A stretch of DNA of 64,000 nucleotides from the NCBI GenBank assembly GCA_049515895.1, contig JBEKTQ010000007.1, forward strand, positions 96,001-160,000, read 5' to 3'. The translations under genes were made by a program, and so were the position numbers. The notes under the pieces are model-generated. The model was not told the origin of the DNA. It made no database searches and saw only the letters and a list, made by a program, of their open reading frames with translations. The stretch comes from Candidatus Bathyarchaeia archaeon (GTDB lineage: Archaea > Thermoproteota > Bathyarchaeia > Bathyarchaeales > Bathycorpusculaceae). Below are positions 19,349 through 29,343 of this stretch, in pieces; the stretch's first letter is position 1; each line of letters begins with the position of its first letter.

Positions 19349-20388
19349 AGGAACTGTGGGTAGAAATTGAACCTGCGGCTTCACCGCAAGAAAAAGAAAA
19401 CTTGCTTGGCACCGCATATGAAAATGCAGATGTGGTCCTAGAAGGTACCCAAGCGAGCACCCGTAACGGCAAACTTGACGTGACATTTCTCGCCGAGCTT
19501 TCCGAGAAGAAGATTTCCCAAGCCAAAAATGAAGGCAGAAAAACCGCGGCCAAATTCAACATAACTGGGAAAGAAGACGAAAACCGCGCTGCTAAAGCGG
19601 CTGAACTGGGGGTTGATTATATAATCATCAACACGTTGGACTGGAGGGTCATTCCTCTGGAGAACTTAATTGCGAAGGCGCATGGAGGCAAAAGCAAGCT
19701 TATCGCTGAAGTTGCGACGGCACAGGACGCCAAAGTGGTTCTTGAGGCGTTGGAGCTGGGAACAGACGGTGTTCTGCTTAAAACTTCAAACCCAAATGAG
19801 CTTGCCAAAACTGTGAAGCTCGTCAAAGGGCAAATGCCTAAGGTAGCGTTGACAATAGCTAAGGTTCTGTCTATACAGCCCATCGGTACAGGAGCAAGGG
19901 TTTGCGTTGACACTGTTGATTTGATGGTTCCAGGCGAAGGAATGCTTGTCGGCTGCCAATCTGCAGGGTTCTTTTTGGTCGAGGCTGAGGTGAACGAGAA
20001 CCCATATGTGCAATCTCGACCTTTCCGAGTAAACGCTGGACCAGCATCACACTACACTTTAACGTCGCTTCAGAGTACTCGGTACCTCTCCGAACTGAAG
20101 GCTGGAGACGAAGTCTTAATCATAAACAGGGAAGGAAAAGTAAGAATAACGAACGTAGGAAGATCAAAAATCGAGTTCCGACCGCTCATCTTAATTGAGG
20201 CGCAAGCGGACGAAACAAAAATCAAAGCAATACTGCAAAACGCAGAAACCATCCGTCTCGTCACGCCAAAAGCCTCCAAACCCGTGACGGAACTCAAAGT
20301 AAGCGACGAGGTCTTGGTGCATTTGGCTGCAAAAGGGGGCAGGCACTTCGGCGTTTCCGTGCCTGAAGAAACGGTGATTGAAAGGTGA
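19345..20388 (+). CDS. aroB': 3-dehydroquinate synthase II (archaeal)
   Basis: WRVIPLENLIA, RVCVDT, RPFRVNAG, ILQNAETIRL, GRHFG. Confidence 0.95.
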   Translation: MKELWVEIEPAASPQEKENLLGTAYENADVVLEGTQASTRNGKLDVTFLAELSEKKISQAKNEGRKTAAKFNITGKEDENRAAKAAELGVDYIIINTLDWRVIPLENLIAKAHGGKSKLIAEVATAQDAKVVLEALELGTDGVLLKTSNPNELAKTVKLVKGQMPKVALTIAKVLSIQPIGTGARVCVDTVDLMVPGEGMLVGCQSAGFFLVEAEVNENPYVQSRPFRVNAGPASHYTLTSLQSTRYLSELKAGDEVLIINREGKVRITNVGRSKIEFRPLILIEAQADETKIKAILQNAETIRLVTPKASKPVTELKVSDEVLVHLAAKGGRHFGVSVPEETVIER

Positions 20389-21068
20389 CTTTGAGAATCT
20401 GCGTTTCAATCCTACCAGAAAATAGTCTTCAAGCCCTAACGCTCATCAGGAAGGCGGAAAAAGCCAAAGCAGACCTCATCGAAGTCAGGTTGGATCGTCT
20501 TGAAACGACCACACACTTGAGGGAACTTGTCCAGAGCACAAAAATCCCCCTAATAGCAACGCACAAACTGACGAGCGAAAAAGGTTTTTTCTCCGGGACA
20601 GAGGCCCAAAGGCAACAGAGCCTTCTGAACGCAGCCGAAAGTGGTTTCGAATACGTTGACGTTGACGTGTCAAGCCCAAACCGCCAAGAAACAATCGATA
20701 AACTCAAACAGTTGGGAGTTAAACCAATCGTTTCCCACCACAAATTCGATGGCACATTAAGCCGTTCCGCTATGGAGAAGGTTCTGGAGCAGGAAATCTT
20801 GTGCGGCGCCTGCATATGCAAAATCGTTGCAACCGCCAAGAAAATCGAGGATAACCTGACGGTACTCAATTTTGTCGCTTCCCATTCAAGTAAGGCTAAA
20901 CTTGTCTGTTTCTGCATGGGCGAAGTAGGTAAAGTTTCAAGGATTCTTTCACCGATGTTCGGCGCCTTCTTCACTTTTGCTTCGCTTGAACAGGGCAGCG
21001 AAACCGCGAAAGGGCAAATCTCCATAGGCGAAATGAAGGCTGCTTTCGACCTCCTAGGAGCGCCTTAA
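20385..21068 (+). CDS. aroD: type I 3-dehydroquinate dehydratase
   Basis: IEVRLD, SHH.F, CKIV, FCMGEVGKVSR, AKGQ. Confidence 0.92.
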   Translation: MTLRICVSILPENSLQALTLIRKAEKAKADLIEVRLDRLETTTHLRELVQSTKIPLIATHKLTSEKGFFSGTEAQRQQSLLNAAESGFEYVDVDVSSPNRQETIDKLKQLGVKPIVSHHKFDGTLSRSAMEKVLEQEILCGACICKIVATAKKIEDNLTVLNFVASHSSKAKLVCFCMGEVGKVSRILSPMFGAFFTFASLEQGSETAKGQISIGEMKAAFDLLGAP

Positions 21069-21069
21069 G

Positions 21070-21936
21070 ATGGCGGTTTCAGGAAAAACTAAAGTTTTCG
21101 GAGTAATCGGCGACCCTGTAGAGCACAGTCTAAGCCCGGTCATTCAGAACGCGGCGCTTGCAGCCTCGAAATTAGACTGCACATTCTTAGCCTTTAAAGT
21201 AAAATCCACAGCGGTCGGGAAAGCAATGGACGGTATGCGAGCGTTTGGCATTCAAGGGCTTAACGTTACAATGCCCCATAAAACCGCGGTTCTCAACTTT
21301 CTTGACGAAGTTCACCAGACCGCCAGGGCGCTAAAGGCAGTTAACACGGTAAAGAACGAGAGCGACAAACTCTTAGGCTTCAACACTGACGGCACCGGTG
21401 CAATGTCTGCTTTGAGAGAAAACGGCGTTGAGCCAAAAGGCAAAAAAGTAATGTTGCTTGGAGCAGGTGGTGCTGCAAGAGCTATAGCCTTCGTTCTCGC
21501 GGATCAGGTGGATGAGCTTTCAATTTTGAATCGGACAATTCAGCCAGCCGCGGAGTTAGCAGATTTAATAAAGGAAAGGTTCAACAGCAAAGTTGTTGCG
21601 TACGCTCTTTCCCCGTTAACGCTTAAGGCAAATCTAGCTGATGCTGACCTGCTGATTAACGCCACTTCAATCGGAATGAAATCGAACGCCAATAAAACCC
21701 TGATAGTCCCAAAATGGCTCAAGCCTGACTTGGCTGTGATGGACATAGTGTATGACCCGATAGAGACTAAACTAGCGAAAAATGCGAGGGCTGCGGGCGC
21801 CAAAGTGGTCAGTGGGGTTGAAATGCTGATTTATCAGGGCGCTGCGTCGTTTGAAATCTGGACTGGCAGGAAGGCGCCAATTGAAGTTATGAGGAAAGCA
21901 GCGCTTAATCACTTGCAGAAGGTGCAGAAGAGTTGA
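21070..21936 (+). CDS. aroE: shikimate dehydrogenase
   Basis: HSLSP, NVTMPHK, AVNT, NTDG, GAGGAARA, MLIYQG. Confidence 0.96.
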   Translation: MAVSGKTKVFGVIGDPVEHSLSPVIQNAALAASKLDCTFLAFKVKSTAVGKAMDGMRAFGIQGLNVTMPHKTAVLNFLDEVHQTARALKAVNTVKNESDKLLGFNTDGTGAMSALRENGVEPKGKKVMLLGAGGAARAIAFVLADQVDELSILNRTIQPAAELADLIKERFNSKVVAYALSPLTLKANLADADLLINATSIGMKSNANKTLIVPKWLKPDLAVMDIVYDPIETKLAKNARAAGAKVVSGVEMLIYQGAASFEIWTGRKAPIEVMRKAALNHLQKVQKS

Positions 21937-22802
21937 CGGGGCAAGCTTCAGCTGTAGCACATGGCGCGGCGACGATTGTTAATGCAATGGCGCTCGGCAA
22001 AGGCGCCGCTTTCGGAGTTGACTTGTTCACGAAAGCGAAAGTGGAATTGACTGAAGAGCCAACAGTTGTCAAGGCAGAGATAGCTTCTGACCCGAAAGAA
22101 AGCAACGTTCTGGTGAAGAAAACCGTTGAGCGGGTTCTCCAGCGTTTCAAGATGGAAAAGAGATTCGGCGCTAAAGTTAAAACTTGGTCAAACATCCCCA
22201 TCGCCAAAGGGCTCAAAAGTAGCAGTGCAGCAGCAAACGCGGTCGCCCTGGCAACCACGGCGGCGCTGGGGAAAACGCTGGATGACTTGGAAATTATCAA
22301 CTTAGGTGTAGACTCCGCTTTCGACGCGAAAGTGACGGTTACTGGCGCTTTTGACGATGCATGCGCATCATATTTAGGCGGGATAATTGTCACTGATAAC
22401 TTAGAACGGAAAATCGTGGGGCGGTTGGCGCTACCCGAAGATCTAGTTGTGCTTTTTCTTGTTCCTCCCCAAAAAGCTTATTCTGCTGACTCAAACGTTG
22501 AAAGGCTGAGAACTGTGAAGCCGCTTGTTCAAGTTGCTTACGAGAAGGTTTTAGGGGGTAGGTTCTGGGAGGCTTTGACGCTTAATGGTTTAATTTACTC
22601 CTCTGTCTCTGGGTATGATCCCTCGATCGCGATTGACGCGTTGGCGGCTGGAGCAGTGGCGGCTGGGCTTTGCGGTAAAGGACCGGCAGTTACGGCAGTC
22701 ACAACTAAAGACAAGGTTGATTCGGTGAAGGCTGCATTTCAAAAATTCGACGGCATAGTCTTGCAAGCCCGCTTCAACAAGGAAAAGGCAACGGTGATTT
22801 AG
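21933..22802 (+). CDS. aroK: archaeal GHMP-family shikimate kinase
   Basis: GAATIVNA, IPIAKGLKSSSAA, TVTGAFDDA. Confidence 0.95.
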   Translation: MTGQASAVAHGAATIVNAMALGKGAAFGVDLFTKAKVELTEEPTVVKAEIASDPKESNVLVKKTVERVLQRFKMEKRFGAKVKTWSNIPIAKGLKSSSAAANAVALATTAALGKTLDDLEIINLGVDSAFDAKVTVTGAFDDACASYLGGIIVTDNLERKIVGRLALPEDLVVLFLVPPQKAYSADSNVERLRTVKPLVQVAYEKVLGGRFWEALTLNGLIYSSVSGYDPSIAIDALAAGAVAAGLCGKGPAVTAVTTKDKVDSVKAAFQKFDGIVLQARFNKEKATVI

Positions 22803-22804
22803 CA

Positions 22805-24109
22805 ATGGCGGATGTAATCGTTAAAAAGTCTGAAAAATTAAGCGGCGAAGTATGCGCTCCCCCTTCAAAATCTTACACTCAGCGAATGCTCATCGCAGCG
22901 TCTCTCTCAAACGGGACTGGAAAAGTTTCAAATCCGCTTCTTTCCGAAGATACAGAAGCCACTTTGCGCGCGATAACCGCATTAGGTGCAGAAACGAGTT
23001 TTGAGGAAAACTGCTGGGTCATTAAAGGCGCTGTGCCTATTCAAAACGCGAAAGCACCAATTGATTGCGGAGAATCCGGAGCTACAATACGTTTCATGAT
23101 ACCTGTGGCTGCCCTGGCAAGTGACCCCTCAATCCTGATCTTCCGTGGGTCTCTTGACCGCAGACCCATCGAACCTTTGATTAAAAGCCTAGACGACTTG
23201 GGCGCAAAGGTTCACTCGAAAAAATTCGGCGACAAAGACGCCGTGGTTGTTGAAGGCGGGGGAATTCTTGGAGGACAAACCTCTATTTCAGGTGGTGTAA
23301 GTTCGCAGTTTATTTCGGGGTTGCTTTTTGCGTGCCCGATGGCTAAGGTTGAAACTGAAATAGTCTTCGAATCCCCATTGGAGTCCGCTGACTATGTTAA
23401 GATGACTTTGGATGTGCTTTCGAAGCATGGAATCAGAGTGGACGTTTATGGCAATTTCGAACGCATCTTAATCCCAGCCAACCAAACCTTCAAAACCATT
23501 GACTGCCGGGTGCCTGGCGACTTTTCTTCAGCCGCATTTCTTTTTGCAGCCGCAGCTGTCACCAAGTCGAAAGTGCAGGTAAACGATCTTGATTACGGGA
23601 GCGTTCAAGGCGACAAAGCAATTCTGAGCATCCTAAAACAGATGGGTGTAGCCGGCAAAGTGTGTGAAAACAGCGTTGAAATAGACGGCACGGGTAGCTC
23701 GCTTGAGCCATTAAATCTTGATGCAAAAAACATCCCTGACCTTGTCCCGGTATGCGCAGCTTTGGCATGCTTCGCAAATGGGACCTCGAAAATAACAGGC
23801 GCGCAAAGGCTCAGGCTCAAGGAATCAGATAGGCTGCAATCCCTCTATAGTGAGTTCACAAAGATGGGGGCAGAAATTGAAGTAGATTCGAACAGTCTAA
23901 CCGTGAGGGGCACCTCTGCTTTGCACGGCGCCACAATTGACCCTCATAACGACCATCGTATAGCGATGGCTTGCGCGATTGCAGCTCTATGCGCGGAAAA
24001 CCAAACTATTATTCAAAATGCCCAGTGTGTCAGAAAGTCTTATCCACAGTTCTTCACTCATCTGAAACAGTTAGGAGCGGAAATTGTTGGCGGGAAATTC
24101 GACGGGTAA
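22805..24109 (+). CDS. aroA: 3-phosphoshikimate 1-carboxyvinyltransferase (EPSP synthase)
   Basis: PPSKSYTQR, ESGATIRF, SSQFISG, RLKESDRL, DHRIAMA, KSYP. Confidence 0.96.
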   Translation: MADVIVKKSEKLSGEVCAPPSKSYTQRMLIAASLSNGTGKVSNPLLSEDTEATLRAITALGAETSFEENCWVIKGAVPIQNAKAPIDCGESGATIRFMIPVAALASDPSILIFRGSLDRRPIEPLIKSLDDLGAKVHSKKFGDKDAVVVEGGGILGGQTSISGGVSSQFISGLLFACPMAKVETEIVFESPLESADYVKMTLDVLSKHGIRVDVYGNFERILIPANQTFKTIDCRVPGDFSSAAFLFAAAAVTKSKVQVNDLDYGSVQGDKAILSILKQMGVAGKVCENSVEIDGTGSSLEPLNLDAKNIPDLVPVCAALACFANGTSKITGAQRLRLKESDRLQSLYSEFTKMGAEIEVDSNSLTVRGTSALHGATIDPHNDHRIAMACAIAALCAENQTIIQNAQCVRKSYPQFFTHLKQLGAEIVGGKFDG

Positions 24110-25202
24110 AGAATTCACAGTTACCACTTTCGGCGAAAGCCACGGCAAAGTCGTCGGCGTCATAGTGGACGGTTGCCCTGCAGGTTTGCCTCTTTCTGAA
24201 GCAGACATTCAAGCGGAGCTGGACAGACGCGTACCAGCAGATACCCGAATCGTTTCTGCAAGAATCGAAAGAGACGTGCCCAAAATTCTTTCGGGCGTTT
24301 TCAACTCGGTTACCACTGGCGCTCCAATAGCCGTGACGGTTGAGAACAAGGATGTTGACTCCGCGGATTATGAGGCAATTAAAAATCTGCCAAGACCTGG
24401 GCATGCAGACTACCCCGCAAGCGTTAGGTACGGCGGCTTTAACGATTACCGCGGAGGCGGACGCTTCAGCGGTAGAGTCACTGTGGCGTTAATAATGGCC
24501 GGAGCCATAGCGAAAAAACTTCTGAGCCGTTTCGACGGGGACGTTTTAGCCTACACAAGAACCATAGGCAAAATCAGAAGCGACAAGAAGTTTAGCACTG
24601 AAGAAATCCGAAAGAACCGCTACGTGGCCTCTTCTAGATGCCCCGATTTGGCATGCGCAGGAAGAATGGAGGAAGCCATTGTTGACGCGCGAAAAGAGGG
24701 CGAAAGCCTCGGCGGCGTAGTTGAATGCCTTGCTCTGAACATACCAGTGGGGGTTGGGGACCCAATGTTTGATTCGCTCGACGCCGAGTTAGCCAAGGCA
24801 CTGTTTAACGTTCCTGCAGTCAAGGCAGTTGAATTCGGATTGGGCTTCGAACTCATCAAGATGAAAGGCTCAGAAAGCAATGACGCCTACGTCATGCAAA
24901 ACGGGAAAGTTGCTACTTCAACCGATAACATGGGCGGAATCTTAGGCGGCATATCCAACGGCATGCCAATCATCATGCGGGTAGCAATTAAACCGACGCC
25001 TTCCATCGGCCTAGAGCAGAAAACCGTTAACCTGACCACTATGGAAGATGCATCTCTCACAGTTAAGGGCAGACATGATCCATGTGTCGTTCCTAAAGCC
25101 GTGCCAGCCGTAGAAGCCGCAGTAGCCATAACGCTAGCTGACCACATGATTCGTTCTGGCTTCATACCGAAAGTCTTGGAGAGGAAAAAAATTGTTGGAT
25201 GA
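24084..25202 (+). CDS. aroC: chorismate synthase
   Basis: FGESHG, PRPGHAD, GGGRFSGR, KPTPSI, GRHDPC. Confidence 0.97.
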   Translation: MLAGNSTGKEFTVTTFGESHGKVVGVIVDGCPAGLPLSEADIQAELDRRVPADTRIVSARIERDVPKILSGVFNSVTTGAPIAVTVENKDVDSADYEAIKNLPRPGHADYPASVRYGGFNDYRGGGRFSGRVTVALIMAGAIAKKLLSRFDGDVLAYTRTIGKIRSDKKFSTEEIRKNRYVASSRCPDLACAGRMEEAIVDARKEGESLGGVVECLALNIPVGVGDPMFDSLDAELAKALFNVPAVKAVEFGLGFELIKMKGSESNDAYVMQNGKVATSTDNMGGILGGISNGMPIIMRVAIKPTPSIGLEQKTVNLTTMEDASLTVKGRHDPCVVPKAVPAVEAAVAITLADHMIRSGFIPKVLERKKIVG

Positions 25203-25455
25203 ACTCGAACTGTACAGAAAACAGGTTGATCAAATTGACGATTTGATTTTGAAAGCGCTAACTGAAAGAGTCAAGATATGCATGGCCATCGGTTTAGTAA
25301 AGAAAAAACGGGGCATCCCAATAAAAGACCTCTCCAGAGAAAACGACGTTTACAGAAAAGTAAAAGACAATTCTGCCGAATTCGGCTTAGATTCACAGAA
25401 GCTTGAGGCAATCTACCGCGAAATAGTTAATATGTGCAGTGCAGTTCAAGAGTAA
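25192..25455 (+). CDS. chorismate mutase (AroQ class)
   Basis: LELYRKQVDQID..IL..L.ER, IG..K, D.SRE, C-terminal Q. Confidence 0.88.
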   Translation: MLDELELYRKQVDQIDDLILKALTERVKICMAIGLVKKKRGIPIKDLSRENDVYRKVKDNSAEFGLDSQKLEAIYREIVNMCSAVQE

Positions 25456-25484
25456 GAAATAATCTAAAAGGAAAGTTCAAGGTA

Positions 25485-26564
25485 ATGCTCTACGAAATAA
25501 ACGAGAAAGCCATAAGACTCGAAAATCAAGGAAAGAAAATAATCCGCTTAAACCTAGGTGACCCTGACTTGGCTACGCCACCAGAAATTGTTGAGGCTGC
25601 GTACGCCGCGATGAAGGCTGGTAAAACAAAGTATTCTTCTGCTTACGGCGAGGAAAAACTAAGGCAGAAACTCGCTAAAATTCACGGAGTCAAAGCAGAA
25701 AATGTTGTTATTACTCCGGGTTCAAAATGGGGCGTCTTCGCCACTTTGTACCTGGCTATGAAGGCTAGAGGTAACATCATCATACCCACGCCTTACTGGA
25801 CAGCTTACGATTTAATGGCTAAAAGTCTCGGTGCCCAAACAAGACTGCTCCGGACCGAAATGGAAGACGGCTGGAAAGTTGATTTGGGCAAGCTCGAAAC
25901 TATGATTGACAAAGACACTCGGATGATAATACTCAACAACCCGAATAATCCGACAAGCAAAGTGATGGATTCCGAGACTTTAGACGGTATAGTGGAAATA
26001 GCCAACAAGAAAGGCGTAACCATACTCTCTGACGAAGTTTACGGTCCAATCAGTTTCATAAAGACAAAAAGCATCCTTGAATACGACGGCAACCACAATC
26101 ACATTCTTTCAAACGGGTTCTCAAAAATGTTCACCATGACGGGCTGGCGAATCGGCTATATCATCGCGAATAAGGCGCTCGTGGACAACATAACAAAGCT
26201 AAACCAAATTACCATAAACAACGTCCCAGTCTTCATACAAGAAGCAGCTCTAAAAGGGCTTGAAATGCAAAAGAACCTGACAAAAACCATTGAAAAAGAA
26301 TATGAAGAAAGGGCAAAGATAGCAAGCAAAACTTTGGCGAAAGCCGGCTTTTCCTTCACCGAACCCGAAGCACCATTCTACGTGTTCCCAAAGCTTAAAG
26401 GCTTAGACTCAGAAAAATTCACCCTAGACCTGCTTGACAAAGGCGTTGCAGTGGCTCCCGGAACATCCTTCGGTGACTACAGAGAGCACTTCCGCATCTC
26501 TTTGACAGCTCCCCGAGACGAAATAAAAATAGGGTTGGATAAAATCAGCGAGGCGCTCAAATGA
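25485..26564 (+). CDS. PLP-dependent class I/II aminotransferase (probably aromatic)
   Basis: NLGDPD, NNPNNPT, SDEVY, GFSKMFTMTGWRIGY; operon context. Confidence 0.9.
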   Translation: MLYEINEKAIRLENQGKKIIRLNLGDPDLATPPEIVEAAYAAMKAGKTKYSSAYGEEKLRQKLAKIHGVKAENVVITPGSKWGVFATLYLAMKARGNIIIPTPYWTAYDLMAKSLGAQTRLLRTEMEDGWKVDLGKLETMIDKDTRMIILNNPNNPTSKVMDSETLDGIVEIANKKGVTILSDEVYGPISFIKTKSILEYDGNHNHILSNGFSKMFTMTGWRIGYIIANKALVDNITKLNQITINNVPVFIQEAALKGLEMQKNLTKTIEKEYEERAKIASKTLAKAGFSFTEPEAPFYVFPKLKGLDSEKFTLDLLDKGVAVAPGTSFGDYREHFRISLTAPRDEIKIGLDKISEALK

Positions 26565-27436
26565 AAACCGCGGTTCTTGGCGCGGGAAAAATGGGTGTTT
26601 GGTTCGCAAAGTTTTGTAAGGAGAAAGGGGACAGCGTAATCCTCTCAGACAGGAAAGAGGAAAAGCTGTCAAAACTCGGAAAAGAGTTAGGTGTCGAAAC
26701 TACCACTGACTTCTCGAAAGCGGTTGAAGACGCAGACAGAATCATGATTTGCGTTTCACTAAGCAGCTTCGAAGAAGTGGTAAAAAAAATCGGCTCCAGC
26801 GTTCGCGACGGGCAAGCGGTTATGGATATCTGCTCAATCAAGGAGTACCCAGTTAAGGTTATGCATGATTATATCAAGCACGGCTTGGTGTTGGGTACTC
26901 ACCCCGTTTTTGGCCCAGGCAGCAAAGGCGTAAAACACAAAGCCTACGTTCTCACCCCCACAAATGCCAAGGAGGAGAAGTATGCCGAAGACTTCAAAGA
27001 GTGGCTGGAGAGTGAAGAAGCCCACGTTTTCGTAATGACACCCCAGAAACACGACCAACTCATGTCCGTCGTCCTAGGACTACCGCATTTCCTCGGATTA
27101 GTCGCTTGCGAAACCCTTCTTGATCAAAAGGCATTCACTGAAACTAAGCAATTGGCGGGGACGACTTACCGCATGCTTTTCACTTTGGCGGAAGCAACCG
27201 CGCTGGAAACTCCTGACCTTTACGCTAATTTGCAGATGAAGCTGCCTGGAATGGGAAAAATCGAAGACCTCTATATCTCCAAGGCTCAGGAATGGCTGGA
27301 TTTGATCAAGCAGAAGAATCCTCAGGCAATCATCGACAGGATGGAGCAACTTAAAGCTAAACTGCTGAAGGTTGATCCCGACTTCTCAGAATCATATGAA
27401 GTCATGTACAGAATGCTTGAAGCCACGGAGAAGTAA
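26561..27436 (+). CDS. tyrA: prephenate/arogenate dehydrogenase
   Basis: GAGKMG, DICSIK, THPVFGP, HDQLMS..LGLPH. Confidence 0.93.
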   Translation: MKTAVLGAGKMGVWFAKFCKEKGDSVILSDRKEEKLSKLGKELGVETTTDFSKAVEDADRIMICVSLSSFEEVVKKIGSSVRDGQAVMDICSIKEYPVKVMHDYIKHGLVLGTHPVFGPGSKGVKHKAYVLTPTNAKEEKYAEDFKEWLESEEAHVFVMTPQKHDQLMSVVLGLPHFLGLVACETLLDQKAFTETKQLAGTTYRMLFTLAEATALETPDLYANLQMKLPGMGKIEDLYISKAQEWLDLIKQKNPQAIIDRMEQLKAKLLKVDPDFSESYEVMYRMLEATEK

Positions 27437-27445
27437 CGAAAACAG

Positions 27446-28066
27446 ATGCCCAAATCATTAGTCGTGAATTGTTCTCTAAAATCAAAAAACGAAGCTTTAG
27501 TTGAAGCCATCAGAGAATTCAGCGACTGCGACGTTCTCCAGTTCAGTGATATCCATGAGGGCTACCGCGTCAAAGAGGAAGTTGATGCCGTCGTCATAAG
27601 CGGTTCTGCAGCTAGAATAGTTAACTCTTCCGACAGACGTCTCTTTGAAGGAGTTGTCAATCTGATAAGAACCTGCGACTTGCCCACGTTGGGTATCTGC
27701 TTTGGGCATCAATTGCTCTGTTGGGCGTTCGGGGCAAAAGTTGGATCACTTGCTCAACCTGTTCTGGATCGTTTTGAGTCGGTTCGGGTGGTCGACGTCG
27801 ACGGAATATTCTCTGGGTTTAGCGAAAACCTGATGGTGCCGCTGTCAGAAAACCATTACGATTACGTCCTAAAAGAAAACTTGTGCGAGGCGGGCTTTCT
27901 TTTGCTCGCGGATTCCGTCTCATGCGAAGTAGAAGCCGTTAGGCATAAAAGCAAGCCACTTTACGGCGTTCAATTTCATCCCGAACGTATAAAAGTAAAG
28001 GGCGAAACGCATTCTGGGGGTCACAAAGTTATAAAGAACTTTTACCAAAACGCGATTAGGCGATAG
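27446..28066 (+). CDS. class I glutamine amidotransferase-like protein
   Basis: ISGS, LGICFGHQ, GVQFHPE (Cys-His-Glu triad). Confidence 0.88.
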   Translation: MPKSLVVNCSLKSKNEALVEAIREFSDCDVLQFSDIHEGYRVKEEVDAVVISGSAARIVNSSDRRLFEGVVNLIRTCDLPTLGICFGHQLLCWAFGAKVGSLAQPVLDRFESVRVVDVDGIFSGFSENLMVPLSENHYDYVLKENLCEAGFLLLADSVSCEVEAVRHKSKPLYGVQFHPERIKVKGETHSGGHKVIKNFYQNAIRR

Positions 28067-28158
28067 GATGCGTATTGATTTTGCTGAGAACAAACACACA
28101 TCGGGTTTCCTGCAGTTCTCGGGAAAAACTAAAGTATTTAGGTTCTCAAAGTTAATGT

Positions 28159-28527
28159 GTGGTTTCTGTGGAATTTAAGAAGGCTCCGGCTGAACTTGTT
28201 GAATTCATCAGAGAAAAAATGAAGGACGTGAACTGCGACTATCGCCAAATGTTTGGGTACCCCGCATACTTCATTAACGGCAACATGTTCGCGGGACTTT
28301 TTGGCGACAAATTGCTTTTGAGGCTTTCAGACGTTGACTTCGCGGAAACCCTGAAAATCCACGGGGAAGTTAAGGTTTTTGAGCCCCTGCCGGGAAGGGC
28401 GATGAAAGGCTATGTTGCTCTCCCAAAATCAGTTTATTCAGATGACACTGAGTTCGAGAAGCTGCTTAACAAATCTGTAAAATACGTCTCTTCGTTGCCC
28501 CAAAAAATATCGAAAGCCAAAAAGTAA
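28159..28527 (+). CDS. TfoX/Sxy N-terminal domain protein
   Basis: RQMFGYPAYFINGNMFAG, MKGYV, YVSSLP.K. Confidence 0.82.
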   Translation: MVSVEFKKAPAELVEFIREKMKDVNCDYRQMFGYPAYFINGNMFAGLFGDKLLLRLSDVDFAETLKIHGEVKVFEPLPGRAMKGYVALPKSVYSDDTEFEKLLNKSVKYVSSLPQKISKAKK

Positions 28528-28530
28528 GTG

Positions 28531-29343
28531 TCAATTCGCTTTTGAGTATGAACCTAAGACTTTGACAAAATCAACGTACTTCTTGAGAGCCTTCAAGGCT
28601 TCCGAACATTGTTTCTCACATCGGTGCCCCTCGAAATCCAAGTAGAAGTTGTATTCCCAAGGCGTTTGCTTGGTAGGTCTTGACTCGATTTTTGTTAGGT
28701 TTATGCCTCTTTTGGCAAATTCACCCAGCGCGTTGTAAAGCGACCCTGGCTTGTGGGCTGCTGAGAAGATTATGCTTGTTTTGTCTTTGCCCGTTGGTGC
28801 TGAATCGCTGGTGGATAGAACAAAGAACCGTGTGTAGTTTTCGGAGTTGTCAGCAATATCTTCAGCGAGAATGTGCATGCCATAGAGGTCGGCTGCTCTT
28901 TTGCTGGCGATTGCGGCGGCGTTTATCAAACCTTTTTCTTTGATCATTTTGACGCTGCCTGCCGTGTCATAGGTCGGTATTAGTTCGCGACCGAATTCCT
29001 CCAGGAAACTTCTGCATTGCCCAAGCGCCTGCGGATGCGAATAGACAACTTTGATGTTTTCTAATGCTGCGCCGGGGTTCGCGACTAAGCAATGCTCGAT
29101 TTTCACCACGACTTCCCCGCAAACTTTCAAGTCATAGCGCAGAAACAGGTCGTAGTTCTGAGGTACACTGCCTTCTAAACTATTTTCGACGGGTACGATG
29201 CCGTGCTGGGTTTCTTGAGTGCATACGCTGTCGAAAACGTCTTTGAAGTCGCGGCAAGGTTTAACCTGTGTTTCTGCTCCGAAGAACTGGTAGACTGCGC
29301 TTTCGCTGTAGGCGCCTCGTTCGCCTTGAAATGCTACTTTCAC
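28531..29343 (-). CDS. pheA: prephenate dehydratase (with ACT domain)
   Basis: GERGAYSE, PVENSLEG, SHPQALGQC, NYTRF, LTKIESRP. Confidence 0.96.
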   Translation of the reverse strand: MKVAFQGERGAYSESAVYQFFGAETQVKPCRDFKDVFDSVCTQETQHGIVPVENSLEGSVPQNYDLFLRYDLKVCGEVVVKIEHCLVANPGAALENIKVVYSHPQALGQCRSFLEEFGRELIPTYDTAGSVKMIKEKGLINAAAIASKRAADLYGMHILAEDIADNSENYTRFFVLSTSDSAPTGKDKTSIIFSAAHKPGSLYNALGEFAKRGINLTKIESRPTKQTPWEYNFYLDFEGHRCEKQCSEALKALKKYVDFVKVLGSYSKAN

